A stretch of 64,000 bases of DNA from a virus, in IMG/VR virus record IMGVR_UViG_3300046812_000216, positions 3,738-67,737 of that record; one strand, 5' to 3'. This document shows positions 45,246-55,200 of this stretch, in pieces (position 1 is the stretch's first letter; the number at the start of each line of letters is the position of its first letter). The translations under genes and the position numbers were made by a program. Below the pieces are notes generated by a model. The model was not told the DNA's origin. It did not search any database and saw only the letters and a program-made list of their open reading frames with translations.

Positions 45246-48200
45246 ATGGACAAAGCCGCTCGCGCCGCGCTGTTGACCGCCAAGGCGCTCTACAAGCACG
45301 TCCCGCACGTCGTCGGCGGCAACGCGCCGATGAAGAGCGGAGGCCGCGTCGGCCGCGACCTAGGCGGCGGCGCGCCGTCGATCATCCAGCCGCCCAAGCC
45401 GCAGATCATCAAGCCGCCGGTTCCGGACCTCACCGGCTACAAGGATGCGCCGACCAAGAAGATCGAGGATATGCCGTGGCGCCCGCTGGCCGACGTTCAC
45501 GCCGACCTCGGACACATCAGCGAGATCCCGTCGCACGTTCAGCACTTCGGCCGCTTCATGGACGAAACCTCGGAGCGCGCCGCACGCACCGGCCTGACGC
45601 CGCGCGACCTCCTTAAAGCCTACAGCATCACCAGAGCGTCCATCGGACGCGGAGCCCTGCCGCGCACGACTCTCGAGAAATACGGCTGGGAATTGCCGGG
45701 CGGCGTTGATTCGCTGCGGCCGGAAGGCGCAATGGGCGAGTGGCTGCACACGTCCGCCGGGCAGGCCTATCTGCACCACGCGCTCAAGGGCAGCACCGAT
45801 CACCCCGAATATCGCGCCGCCATCCAAGACGCCGTGCGCAAGTTCACGCCCTTCGGCAAGCAGAACGACACCGAAGGCAAGGCGCTGCATTGGGGCGCCC
45901 AGAACCTCCCCGGCATGGAGGGCCACGTCTCCAAGATGATCGCGATGGCGCGCAAGGTCGGCGCTGACCCGCGCGAGTGGCGCGAATTCATCAAGAAGAT
46001 CCCCGGCGTCGATACCGCCAAGGCCGGGTTCCTCGGCTCGATGATGGGCATGGGCAACCAGCCCACGCTCGACGCCCGCCAGATCGTGCTCAACACCGGC
46101 CTGCCGGTGGACGCCACCACGAACCAGCGCAGGCGCGTGGGCGCTGGCGCGGAGGCCGTGGACAGGCTGGCCGCCCGGCAGAGCGCCATGGACCTCAAAG
46201 GCCTGCCGGAGGAGCTTCAGCCCTATTACCAGCACCTCACCCACCACACCATCTGGGACAAGACCGCCAATGAGCAGACCACTCATCAGGATCTGATAAA
46301 CGCCATGCGCCATGCGGCGACCGGAGGGCTCATCGAGGCCAGCCCGCTGGTCGATCACCCGGTGGCGCGCGGCATGAGGATGGCGGGCCTGCCGGGCCTG
46401 CGAGAGGGCGCGCGCGACGGGTTCAAGAAGGGAGGCAAGGCGCAAGCCAAGGCGCATATCGATCCGGAATACAGCGCATGGGACCAAGTCCCGACCCTCA
46501 ACCCCGACCATCTGGTCGGCCACAGCGTGTTTCCGATCTTTGCTGACCTGACGCGCGCCGGAGGTCATTACCACGGCATCGATTCCAGCCGACTCGACGA
46601 TCCGGAGAAGATGATGGGCGGACCCGGTTACCCCCTCCTGCCCGAAAGCCTGCTCCATCAACTGGCGTGGGCGGTGCAGGGCAAGGGGCGCGGCACCATG
46701 AAGCTCAACAAGGCGGCGAAATACATTCTCGTCTCGGCCATGGAGCACGACACCCACCGTTCGAACACCTCATTCGGCAACGCCCTGACCAAAACCATGC
46801 AGGCCTATGGCCGCGACAAGCGCCTGTCGCCGGAACAGTTCGCCGCGCTCGATGAAATGGTCCGGAGGCCCAGCGCGCAGAAAGAATTGAGCCAATTGCC
46901 CAATTTCCCCGGCTTCAGCCACCCGGATTCGCCAAAATTCATCGATAAATTGAGCTTTGAGGCGCGCAAACGCATCGCAGACATCCTTGGATCGGCCGAA
47001 GGGCAGGCCCACGGCGCGCCAAACCTCGAAAAAGTCACCCGCGAGACGCTCGATCCTCACTTTGCCGGGATTCCCAGCCGCCACGGCATGTTCCTGATGG
47101 AGCTTGCGCCGGGAAAGGCGGAAGACAACCTCGTCGATCTCAAGGAATCGGGCCTGCCGGTCCATCCCAGCTACAAATACGGCGTCAAGGGCCGCGTCGT
47201 CGGCAAATTTCACTCGTCCGTCGCCCCGGAGATCATGTTCCCGGACTTTTTCAAGAAGGCCAACGCCGCCGCCAAGGAGAAAATAGCGCGCGGAGAGACG
47301 CCCAACGTCCGGCGCGCCTTCGATATGTCCGCCCCAGTCCAGAAGATCACGCAGGACATCGCCGACAAGCTCCCACGGCGCCCGCAGGACATCCAATCGG
47401 CCAAGGCCGCCCAATTGGCGCTCAACGCCGCCAACGACCACTGGGAAACCAGCGACACGCCGGTCGGCAAGGGCGGCGTCGGCCCGGCGGAATTCGCGCA
47501 GGCCGCAGCCGCTTCCGACGCCTCGGCCGCCCACCCGCAATACACCAAGGAGGGGCTCGCCAAGACCCTGAAGGCTAAGAAGATGAAGCTCCATCGCATG
47601 CGCGACGGCAAGGTCTACTTCGCCTTGGAGCACGGCAAGGATTACAAGAAAGAGCACGGGTTCGAACATCCGGAACTTGGCCCCAACGAGACGGCTTTCC
47701 ACAGCTATATCGACAACCAGCCCGGCGCTCATGGCATCGGAAGGTCGTCTGCCGTGTTGAAAGCGGTTCAAAGTGGTGCTACAGTGGCTGACGACTACGC
47801 GGTCCCAACCGAAGAGTATCCCCACGGACAAGCGCCCGACTTCCTGAGAACCCACGGGTTCGAGGAGCTAGGCCGCGTCCCGTTCGACGAGAAGAAAATA
47901 AGAGATCCAAAGCACGGCGGCAGCGAGGCCCGCTATCAGGACTTGCTGCACCATTGGAGAGAGAGCGGTTGGGACGAATCGCGCGGCATGCCGTCGCGCG
48001 TGATCATGAAGTGGAGAGGCAACGATGCAGATCGACCCAACGCAGTACAAAATTATCTCAGAACGGGCAGTGAGGCTGCTGGGCCATCAACTGATCGACC
48101 AGATGTCAGATCCACAAGCGGGTCACTTCAATCTGGCGCTCAAGCGAGTAGTGGACCGGGCGGGCTCGGCGGACAAGGTGACGGACAAGGAGATCGAGGG

Positions 48201-48461
48201 AGCCTACAAGCTGATCGTCCACCACGCCCTGCCGACCGGCTCTCACGAACACTTGGCTCCGTCTTCGGGATGAACCCAAGCGAGGCCACGCATTACGGCG
48301 TGGACCCCGCCGACATCGCCTCCGCACGACAGAGAATTCAAGCGCCCGTGGCTCCGGCTCCGGGCGCTGTCAGTGCTGTGCCTAAAACGCCTGTGACACC
48401 AGCGCCACAGGATGATATCGTTAAAAAGGCGCTTCGCCTTACGGCTCCGGGAGCAGTCTAA
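45246..48461 (+). CDS. Large multidomain (polyvalent-type) protein with HhH-like and GNAT-like regions
   Basis: IKKIPGVDTAKAGF...PTLDARQI (HhH-GPD-like); HGIGRSSAVLKAVQSGAT...FLRTHGFEELGRVPFD (GNAT-like); GG motifs in the linkers. Confidence 0.6.
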   Translation: MDKAARAALLTAKALYKHVPHVVGGNAPMKSGGRVGRDLGGGAPSIIQPPKPQIIKPPVPDLTGYKDAPTKKIEDMPWRPLADVHADLGHISEIPSHVQHFGRFMDETSERAARTGLTPRDLLKAYSITRASIGRGALPRTTLEKYGWELPGGVDSLRPEGAMGEWLHTSAGQAYLHHALKGSTDHPEYRAAIQDAVRKFTPFGKQNDTEGKALHWGAQNLPGMEGHVSKMIAMARKVGADPREWREFIKKIPGVDTAKAGFLGSMMGMGNQPTLDARQIVLNTGLPVDATTNQRRRVGAGAEAVDRLAARQSAMDLKGLPEELQPYYQHLTHHTIWDKTANEQTTHQDLINAMRHAATGGLIEASPLVDHPVARGMRMAGLPGLREGARDGFKKGGKAQAKAHIDPEYSAWDQVPTLNPDHLVGHSVFPIFADLTRAGGHYHGIDSSRLDDPEKMMGGPGYPLLPESLLHQLAWAVQGKGRGTMKLNKAAKYILVSAMEHDTHRSNTSFGNALTKTMQAYGRDKRLSPEQFAALDEMVRRPSAQKELSQLPNFPGFSHPDSPKFIDKLSFEARKRIADILGSAEGQAHGAPNLEKVTRETLDPHFAGIPSRHGMFLMELAPGKAEDNLVDLKESGLPVHPSYKYGVKGRVVGKFHSSVAPEIMFPDFFKKANAAAKEKIARGETPNVRRAFDMSAPVQKITQDIADKLPRRPQDIQSAKAAQLALNAANDHWETSDTPVGKGGVGPAEFAQAAAASDASAAHPQYTKEGLAKTLKAKKMKLHRMRDGKVYFALEHGKDYKKEHGFEHPELGPNETAFHSYIDNQPGAHGIGRSSAVLKAVQSGATVADDYAVPTEEYPHGQAPDFLRTHGFEELGRVPFDEKKIRDPKHGGSEARYQDLLHHWRESGWDESRGMPSRVIMKWRGNDADRPNAVQNYLRTGSEAAGPSTDRPDVRSTSGSLQSGAQASSGPGGLGGQGDGQGDRGSLQADRPPRPADRLSRTLGSVFGMNPSEATHYGVDPADIASARQRIQAPVAPAPGAVSAVPKTPVTPAPQDDIVKKALRLTAPGAV

Positions 48462-48715
48462 TGTGCTTTTCACTCGCATGGCTTGAGAATTTGCTCATCT
48501 GGGTCGTCATTGTCGGCGCTCTAATCGCTATTCTCCAACTATTCGTGCCGTGGGTGCTGGCCCAAGTCGGCGATCTGGGCGGCGCTGTCGGCGTTGTGCT
48601 GCAAATCGTCAAGATTATCATCTGGGCGATTATTGTCATCTTTGTCATCTATATTGTATTCGATCTTATTCAGTGCTTGATGTCGTCTGGCTCACTGAAG
48701 TTGCCCAGACCATAA
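48461..48715 (+). CDS. Two-TM membrane protein (possible holin)
   Basis: Two long hydrophobic helices, 84 aa. Confidence 0.55.
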   Translation: MCFSLAWLENLLIWVVIVGALIAILQLFVPWVLAQVGDLGGAVGVVLQIVKIIIWAIIVIFVIYIVFDLIQCLMSSGSLKLPRP

Positions 48716-48758
48716 CCCCGCGCACCGTGTGCGCTAAACACGAGAAGGGACTACCCTG

Positions 48759-50003
48759 ATGTCTGAGGACAGCAAGCGATTCCGCGCCGCGATGAAGGCA
48801 AAAGCCAACGAACGCGGCAACCGGAAGCCTGAAGCGAAGGTTGACGCCTCCAGTTTTGGCTCGGCGGAGCAGAGCGATCCGCTCAACGCCGAATTCAAGA
48901 CCGGGCTGCGGCCGGTCAGCAAGCGCGCCTTCAAGCGCGGAGGATTCGTCAGCGGCGGTCTGGCGCTCAAACACGGCGGGCGAGCGGCGCGCAAGGAAGG
49001 CGGCTCCGCCAAGAAGATCGCCGACGAAATCTCAATGAACAACATCAAGGACGCCAGCAAGAGCATCTACGGCTCCAAGCACATTGGCGGCGTCAAGGGC
49101 GGCGGCCGGATCAAGAAGGAAGTCGGCGGCTCCGGCGGCGGACCTCTGGGCGGCTTCACCACGGTGAGCAGCCCGCAGCAGGCGGCTGGCGAGGCCCAAG
49201 GAAAGTTCAATCCCGCCAACGTCGGCACCATCAGCCTGCCCGGCAAGCCGACCGGCGGCAGCATGCTTCACGCCAAGAGGGGCGGCAAGGCTGGCGGCGG
49301 GCCGATGCCGATGCCTCCGCCCCAAAGCGGCGACGATGGCGGCGACGCCGTCAAGACGGCGCTGCTGGAGGCCTTGATGAAGGCCCACAAGAAACCCAAG
49401 AAGAACAAGCTGCCTCCTCCCCCGGACAGCGCTCTCGGCGCGGCGCCCGATCCGGACTCCATGCCTCCTCCGGGCCTCGGCGCAAAGCGCGGCGGCAAGA
49501 AGCGCGCCGATGGCGGCGAGCTTCACGGCTATGCCGAAGACAAGACCCCGACAAAGCGCGACAGCGAAGGCACGAGCGGCCCCGGCCGCCTGTATGGAAC
49601 AGGCGAAAGTGGCGGCGATACGCCGAAGAAGTGCGGCGGTCGCGCCCACCGCGCCCTTGGCGGCAAGACCATGAAGACCGGCAAGGGCAAAACCAACATC
49701 AACATCATCATCGGGCCGCAGGGAGCGCCCGCTGGCGGCGATCAGCCCGGAGCGCCTCCGGGAGCCCCGCCGATGGCGAGGCCCATCCCTGTGCCTCCTC
49801 CGCCACCTCCGGGCGGCATGCCTCCGGGCGGTCCTCCTCCGGGCGCTGGCGGGCCTCCTCCGGGGCCGCCTATGCCTCCTCCGGGGATGCCTCCTCCGGG
49901 CATGGGCCGCGCGCGCGGCGGCCGGGCCTACCCGATTAAGCATGCGGCAGGCGGCGGCAAGGGCCGTCTGGAGAAAATCAAAGCCTATGGAGAGAAGCCG
50001 TGA
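48759..50003 (+). CDS. Low-complexity Gly/Pro/Lys-rich protein with many xxGG motifs
   Basis: FKRGG, LKHGG, RKEGG, KEVGG, AKRGG x2, RADGG, KKCGG, RALGG, RARGG, HAAGG. Confidence 0.75.
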   Translation: MSEDSKRFRAAMKAKANERGNRKPEAKVDASSFGSAEQSDPLNAEFKTGLRPVSKRAFKRGGFVSGGLALKHGGRAARKEGGSAKKIADEISMNNIKDASKSIYGSKHIGGVKGGGRIKKEVGGSGGGPLGGFTTVSSPQQAAGEAQGKFNPANVGTISLPGKPTGGSMLHAKRGGKAGGGPMPMPPPQSGDDGGDAVKTALLEALMKAHKKPKKNKLPPPPDSALGAAPDPDSMPPPGLGAKRGGKKRADGGELHGYAEDKTPTKRDSEGTSGPGRLYGTGESGGDTPKKCGGRAHRALGGKTMKTGKGKTNINIIIGPQGAPAGGDQPGAPPGAPPMARPIPVPPPPPPGGMPPGGPPPGAGGPPPGPPMPPPGMPPPGMGRARGGRAYPIKHAAGGGKGRLEKIKAYGEKP

Positions 50004-50278
50004 GTTTCGAGAAGTTCGTCGCCGATCATGCTGTCGCCATTTCATTGGCCTTTCTCGCGACGATCTTTCTCGTCGCGGCATTTCTCCTCGTGGCGCCAGC
50101 CCGATCTCAGTCCATCGAGGTCGGGCCGGGCGGCATCGCGGTGAACCCATTGCCCAGTCATCATCGCAACTGGGGCCGGACATGCGAGGAGCTTCGCCTC
50201 GCCTGTGAATACAAGTCTGAACGTGGTGAAGAGGGCATGGGAAACTGCCGTCGCTACCGCCAAACATGCCAATATTGA
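50000..50278 (+). CDS. Small exported/membrane Cys-containing protein
   Basis: N-terminal hydrophobic segment; four Cys. Confidence 0.6.
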   Translation: MSFEKFVADHAVAISLAFLATIFLVAAFLLVAPARSQSIEVGPGGIAVNPLPSHHRNWGRTCEELRLACEYKSERGEEGMGNCRRYRQTCQY

Positions 50279-50288
50279 TAGGAGATGA

Positions 50289-51017
50289 ATGATGGTTTTT
50301 CGTCGTGTTGTAATTCGCGGAGTGGCCGAAATCGGCGAAGTGGACGTGACTGGTCCCGTCGATCCCGGCTTTGGCCGCCCCGGTGGCGGCGGTCGTCCGG
50401 ATCAGGGTCTGCCCGGCTACGGTCACCCGGATCAGGATCTGCCGGGCTATGGTCACCCGGATCAGGGACTGCCCGGCTATGGTCACCCCGATCAGGGTCT
50501 GCCCGGCAGGCGCCCGCACCCCGATCAAGGCCTTCCCGGCTATGGTCATCCGGATCAGGGTCTTCCGGGCTATGGTCATCCCGACCACGGCTTGCCCGGC
50601 TATGGTCATCCGGATCAGGGTCTGCCCGGCCTGCCGGTCTACCCCAGTCAGGGACCGATCCTTCCCGCCGCCCCCGGCCATCCGATTCCAGTGCCGCGCA
50701 TCCCGGTGGTCAGCGTCATCCCGCTGCCCGAAGGCGAAGTGCTCCCGACTGAACCGCCGCACCGGCCCGGTAGGATCGCCGTGGTCGTCGATGGCGAAAC
50801 CAAGGCTGTCGGCTGGCTTCAGGGCTCCGACGACCTTCCGGTCGCCGCGCCCAAGGGCGAAGCGCCGGTCCCCGGCGGCCACTGGGTGGCGGTCGAAGTC
50901 AATCCGCAGGCAAGGCCCAAGAAATGCGGCGACGGCAGCGATGGCGTCGGCAAGACCGGCTTTGCGTGGGTGTTCGAGGTGAAGCCCGACTGGGGAACGG
51001 AGCCGACCCCGGTCTAA
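50289..51017 (+). CDS. PDQGLPGYGH tandem-repeat protein
   Basis: About 8 decapeptide repeats; RBS AGGAG; hairpin terminator downstream. Confidence 0.7.
   Translation: MMVFRRVVIRGVAEIGEVDVTGPVDPGFGRPGGGGRPDQGLPGYGHPDQDLPGYGHPDQGLPGYGHPDQGLPGRRPHPDQGLPGYGHPDQGLPGYGHPDHGLPGYGHPDQGLPGLPVYPSQGPILPAAPGHPIPVPRIPVVSVIPLPEGEVLPTEPPHRPGRIAVVVDGETKAVGWLQGSDDLPVAAPKGEAPVPGGHWVAVEVNPQARPKKCGDGSDGVGKTGFAWVFEVKPDWGTEPTPV
50397..50630 (+). repeat. 30 bp coding tandem repeat
   Basis: ccggatcagggtctgcccggctayggtcay, about 8 copies with synonymous variation. Confidence 0.9.
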
Positions 51018-51025
51018 AAACAACG

Positions 51026-51066
51026 AAAAAGGCCGCCCCGCGTACATCCGGCGTGGGCGGCCTTCC
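51026..51066. terminator. Hairpin terminator
   Basis: AAAAAGGCCGCCC...GGGCGGCCTT. Confidence 0.5.
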
Positions 51067-51285
51067 TCTCGTCGGCCTCAGTCGTCACGGCCTCCTGAAC
51101 AGTGACATACCTCACGCCCAAGCTATGATCAAGAGCATTCGCCATGATTTCATGGGTGAAATACGTCAAGCATGCCGAAAAAGAGCAGCACGAGGCGTTG
51201 GGATGGGTCGCAAATGGCGATATGGGGCCGATCTACGGCCATTTTCGCATCCTGATGGAATGGACCGGCGACGGAGATCCACCCA

Positions 51286-51498
51286 ATGTTGACGACCAAG
51301 AATGTGCTGGCTCAGGAAATGAGAAAACTGCTGATCGAGCGCATTGAGGTTGAGAAAAACAACCTCGCCTATGGCGCGTCGATCAAGAGTTTCGAGGCCT
51401 ATCGCGAAATGGTCGGCATGATCAGAGGCCTGCATGAGGCGATAGACATGCTCGACGACGCCGAGACAAAGGCCAGCGAGCGCGAGCGCGGCGTATAA
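51286..51498 (+). CDS. Hypothetical protein
   Basis: LAYGASIKSFEAYREMVGMIRGL; small gene upstream of the GroES-like gene. Confidence 0.65.
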   Translation: MLTTKNVLAQEMRKLLIERIEVEKNNLAYGASIKSFEAYREMVGMIRGLHEAIDMLDDAETKASERERGV

Positions 51499-51569
51499 GG
51501 GCTCTGACAGTCCGCTTGCTATAAAAATCAATTAGTGAGAAGTTATTTCGCTCTTGACAGGAGAGCGAT

Positions 51570-51959
51570 ATGGCATTTGCCGAAATGGCGTTCGACATAA
51601 ACCCCCGCGAAGAGATCGCAGCAGCCCTAGGAAACATCGAAGGCGTCGAGATTTTCGCCAATCAGGTGCTGGCGGCGATCTACATTCGGCCGGAGAAGAC
51701 CAAGTCCGGCATCTTCCTCACCCAGCAGACGCTCGGCGAGGACAGATATCAGGGCAAGGTCGGCCTGATCGTCAAGCAAGGCCCGCAGGCCTTCGTCAAT
51801 GACGCAAACTGGACCTTCGCAAACAACATCGGCGTCGGCGACTGGATCATCATGCGCCCGACCGATGGCTGGGCGATCACTGTCAACGGCGTCCTGTGCC
51901 GCGTCTTGTCCGACACGTCGGTCAGAGGCCGCATTTCCTCCCCCGATCAGGTGTGGTGA
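51570..51959 (+). CDS. GroES/Cpn10-like co-chaperonin
   Basis: RPEKTKSGIFL...VGLIVKQGPQAF...VGDWII...CRVLSDTSVRG. Confidence 0.8.
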   Translation: MAFAEMAFDINPREEIAAALGNIEGVEIFANQVLAAIYIRPEKTKSGIFLTQQTLGEDRYQGKVGLIVKQGPQAFVNDANWTFANNIGVGDWIIMRPTDGWAITVNGVLCRVLSDTSVRGRISSPDQVW

Positions 51960-52825
51960 TGACAAAACCGAAGGGCGAAGCGCCCAAAAACCCCGAAGAA
52001 GAGCTTGAGATCGACGACTCGGCCATCAAAAATCCGCCGAAGGTCGAGGAACCGCCGCACGACGAGCCAGATCCGCTCGCCGAATTGCGCGCGCAACTCG
52101 ATCAGGAGCGCGCCGCGCGCGTTTCGGCTGAACAGCGCGCCAATGAAGCCTCCCAGCAGGCCTATCAGGCGCGAAGCGAGGCAGGCGACAGCCAGATGAA
52201 CGTCGTCATCGGCGCCCTAGAGCGCGTCAAGGAGATGCAGGGCAACCTGAAGGAGGCTTTCAAGGCCGCCATCGCCGCCGACGACACCGATGCGCAGGCC
52301 GAGATCCAAATCGAGATCTCGAACAACGCCGCGCGGCTGCTTCAACTGGAAAACGGCCTCGAATCGATGAAGCAGCAGCCGAAACCGGCTCCGCCTCGCA
52401 TGATTCAGTCCGATCCGGTCGAATCTTTTGCCGCGCAACTGACGCCGCGCGCCGCCTCGTGGATTCGGCGGCATCCGGAGTGCGTCACCGACCAAAAACT
52501 GTTCCAGAAGATGGTCGCGGCGCACAATATCGCGGTCGCCGACGACATCGAACTGGATTCCGACGAATATTTCCGCACCGTCGAGGGCTTGCTGTTCAAA
52601 AAGCACAAAGCGCCGGTCCAAGACGACGAGGAATATGAAGATCCGACCGCTCAGGCCGCCCGGCGCGCTCCGCCTCCCGCCGCGCCTGTCGGCCGCACCT
52701 CCGGCAACGGGCGCACGGCCCAACTGTCGCCGGAAGAGCGCGAAATCGCTGAAAATTCCGGCCAGACCTACGAGGAATATGCCCGCAACAAGCAGGCGCT
52801 CAAGAAAGAGGGGAGGCTGCATTGA
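51959..52825 (+). CDS. Putative capsid scaffolding protein
   Basis: Acidic N-terminus, coiled coil, C-terminal LSPEEREIAENSGQTYEEYARNK; upstream of the capsid genes. Confidence 0.7.
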   Translation: MTKPKGEAPKNPEEELEIDDSAIKNPPKVEEPPHDEPDPLAELRAQLDQERAARVSAEQRANEASQQAYQARSEAGDSQMNVVIGALERVKEMQGNLKEAFKAAIAADDTDAQAEIQIEISNNAARLLQLENGLESMKQQPKPAPPRMIQSDPVESFAAQLTPRAASWIRRHPECVTDQKLFQKMVAAHNIAVADDIELDSDEYFRTVEGLLFKKHKAPVQDDEEYEDPTAQAARRAPPPAAPVGRTSGNGRTAQLSPEEREIAENSGQTYEEYARNKQALKKEGRLH

Positions 52826-53433
52826 CCAGCATGAAACGACCGCATCAGAGCATCTTCTCCAAGCCAGACCCGGAAGAGGAGCCCTTGCAGAACTACACCG
52901 ACAGGAATCTCGAGGAAATCGCCGCGCGAGACAGCGCCGCGCCGCGTCCGCCGATGCGCGAGGCCAAGGCGTCCTCGGTCGAGAGAGCCAAGACCCGCGC
53001 CAAACAGGTGCGCGAGCACATCGTCTCGATGGACGAAGGCATCGACGAATTCTTCATCGATCCCGCCGTCATTCCGGAAGGCTGGGGCTACGAATGGAAG
53101 ACCCAGTTCGTCATGGGCAAGGAGGAGCCCGCATATGCCGTGGCGCTGGCCCGCAAGGGCTGGGAGCCGGTTCCGGCCTCCAGACACCCGGAACTGATGC
53201 CGCGCGGCTCCAAGGACGTTTACGTGACCCGCAAGGGCATGATCCTGATGGAGCGCCCGCAGGAGCTTATCGACGAGGCTCGCGCCATCGAGGCGCGCCG
53301 CGCCAAACTTCAGGTGCGCAACAAGGAGGAGCAGCTTTCCGCCGCTCCGGCCGGTCAGTTCGAGCGGTCGAACAAGGATGAGCCGCTGACAAAACTCAGG
53401 AAGAGCTTCGAAGCGATGCCTATTCCGGAGTAA
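52822..53433 (+). CDS. Hypothetical head-associated protein
   Basis: IPEGWGYEW...GWEPV...GMILMERP. Confidence 0.65.
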   Translation: MTSMKRPHQSIFSKPDPEEEPLQNYTDRNLEEIAARDSAAPRPPMREAKASSVERAKTRAKQVREHIVSMDEGIDEFFIDPAVIPEGWGYEWKTQFVMGKEEPAYAVALARKGWEPVPASRHPELMPRGSKDVYVTRKGMILMERPQELIDEARAIEARRAKLQVRNKEEQLSAAPAGQFERSNKDEPLTKLRKSFEAMPIPE

Positions 53434-53603
53434 GTGGGAAATATCTTCCCACTGTTATCAGGGGTCTGACTGGCCCCTGTTTACTTTCGCAAAAACGAGA
53501 CTATTATCCGGCCAGAGCCTCCCCGGCGGAGGCGGATAAATTCCCCCGGTTTCTGAATCGCCCCGGCGCGCGATGATGGGCCTCCTGCAAAGGAGTTCGC
53601 ATC

Positions 53604-54209
53604 ATGGCGAACATTAATGCTCCATTCGGATTCCGTCAGTCCGCCGGTCTTGGCTCCGCCCCGACCTACGAGCAAATCACCGCTTTCATCACGGCTGGCG
53701 CAGGCGCGATCTATTACGGCGACCCTGTCACGCCGTTGGCCGATGGCTCGGTCGCTCAGGCGATCACCTCCGGCGCGACGCCCAACCTCACCACCAATCT
53801 GGTCAGCGGCATCTTTCAGGGCTGCAAATACCTTTCCACCTCGCAGAAACGCACCGTCTGGTCGAACTACTATCCCGGCGGCGGCGACCCGGTCGCGGGC
53901 TCCATCGAAGCCTATGTCGTCAACGACCCCAACGCCCAGTTCATCGTCCAGACCGATTCGACCGGCGCGACCCTTGCCGACATCAACGCCACCTACGGCT
54001 TCAACATCGGCACCGGCAACGCGGCCAACGGCCTGTCTGGAGCTTATCTGGTCATCGCCAACGGCAATGTCGCCAATATGCAATTCCGCGTCACTGGCGT
54101 TGTTAATTTCCCGCCCAGCGCGCCGGGGACGCTGGCGAACGGCCAGCCCTATGACTGGGTCACCGTCGCCTTCAGCGCCGTCCAGAGCAGAAATTTCACG
54201 GGCGTGTAA
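53604..54209 (+). CDS. Putative capsid decoration/cement protein
   Basis: MANINAPFGFR...IYYGDPV...GIFQGCKY...VVNDPN; directly before the major capsid gene. Confidence 0.65.
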   Translation: MANINAPFGFRQSAGLGSAPTYEQITAFITAGAGAIYYGDPVTPLADGSVAQAITSGATPNLTTNLVSGIFQGCKYLSTSQKRTVWSNYYPGGGDPVAGSIEAYVVNDPNAQFIVQTDSTGATLADINATYGFNIGTGNAANGLSGAYLVIANGNVANMQFRVTGVVNFPPSAPGTLANGQPYDWVTVAFSAVQSRNFTGV

Positions 54210-54264
54210 TCACGGTCAAGGGCGCGCGAGCGCCTAAAGGAACCTTTTTCAGGAGTGAACCAAA

Positions 54265-55179
54265 ATGGCCGTCAATCTGTCCGCCATCAAAGACCTTCTC
54301 CTCCCCGGCCTGCGCGGGATTGAAGGCAAATACGAGATGATCCCGTCGCAATACGACAAGATCTTCACCAAGCACAATTCGAAGCTGGCGCTGGAGCGCA
54401 CGGCCGAGATGCGCTACCTCGGCCTCGCCCAGTTGAAGACTGAGGGCGGCCAGACCTCGTTCGACAACGGCGCTGGCGAGCGCTACGTCTACAATCAGGA
54501 GCACACCGAAATCGGCCTCGGCTATGCGATCACCCGCAAGGCCATCGACGACAACCTCTACAAGACCCAATTCCACCCGTCGAACCTCGGCCTGATCGAA
54601 TCCTTCCAGCAGACCAAGGAAATCTACGGCGCCAACATCCTGAACACAGCGACGACCTACAACGCCAACATCGGCGGCGACGGCAAGGCGCTCTGCGACC
54701 CGTCCCACCCCATCGACGGCAATACGGTCGGCAACATGCCCGCCGTTCAGGTCGATATCAACGAGGCGACATTGCTCAACAGCATGATCGCCGTCCGCAC
54801 CAACTTCCGCGATCAGGCCGGATTGAAGGTGTTCGCGCGCGCCAAGAAGCTGATCGTGCCGCCCCAGTTGGAGCCGGTCGCAATCCGCCTCACCAAGACG
54901 GAGCTTCGGCCCGGCACAGCAGATAATGATGTCAACGCAATTTTGACCACGGCCGGAGGGCTCCCCGAAGGCTATTTGGTCAATGATTTCTTGACCTCGA
55001 TGTTCGCTTGGTTCCTTCTCACCAATATTGACGGCCTGTCATTCATGGAGAGAATTAAGTTCGAAACGGATATGCAAGTCGATTTCGTTACAGACAACTT
55101 GCTGGTCAAGGGATATGAGCGTTATAGCTTCGGTTATTACAACTGGAGATCTATCTACGGCAACTTCCCGACCTCGTAA
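54265..55179 (+). CDS. Major capsid protein
   Basis: LLPGL...KTEGG...GLGYAITRKAIDDNLY...GGDGKAL...KLIVPPQLE...ERYSFGYYNWRSIYG; strong RBS and codon bias. Confidence 0.9.
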   Translation: MAVNLSAIKDLLLPGLRGIEGKYEMIPSQYDKIFTKHNSKLALERTAEMRYLGLAQLKTEGGQTSFDNGAGERYVYNQEHTEIGLGYAITRKAIDDNLYKTQFHPSNLGLIESFQQTKEIYGANILNTATTYNANIGGDGKALCDPSHPIDGNTVGNMPAVQVDINEATLLNSMIAVRTNFRDQAGLKVFARAKKLIVPPQLEPVAIRLTKTELRPGTADNDVNAILTTAGGLPEGYLVNDFLTSMFAWFLLTNIDGLSFMERIKFETDMQVDFVTDNLLVKGYERYSFGYYNWRSIYGNFPTS

Positions 55180-55200
55180 TACTGGCTCAGGAGACAGCAC

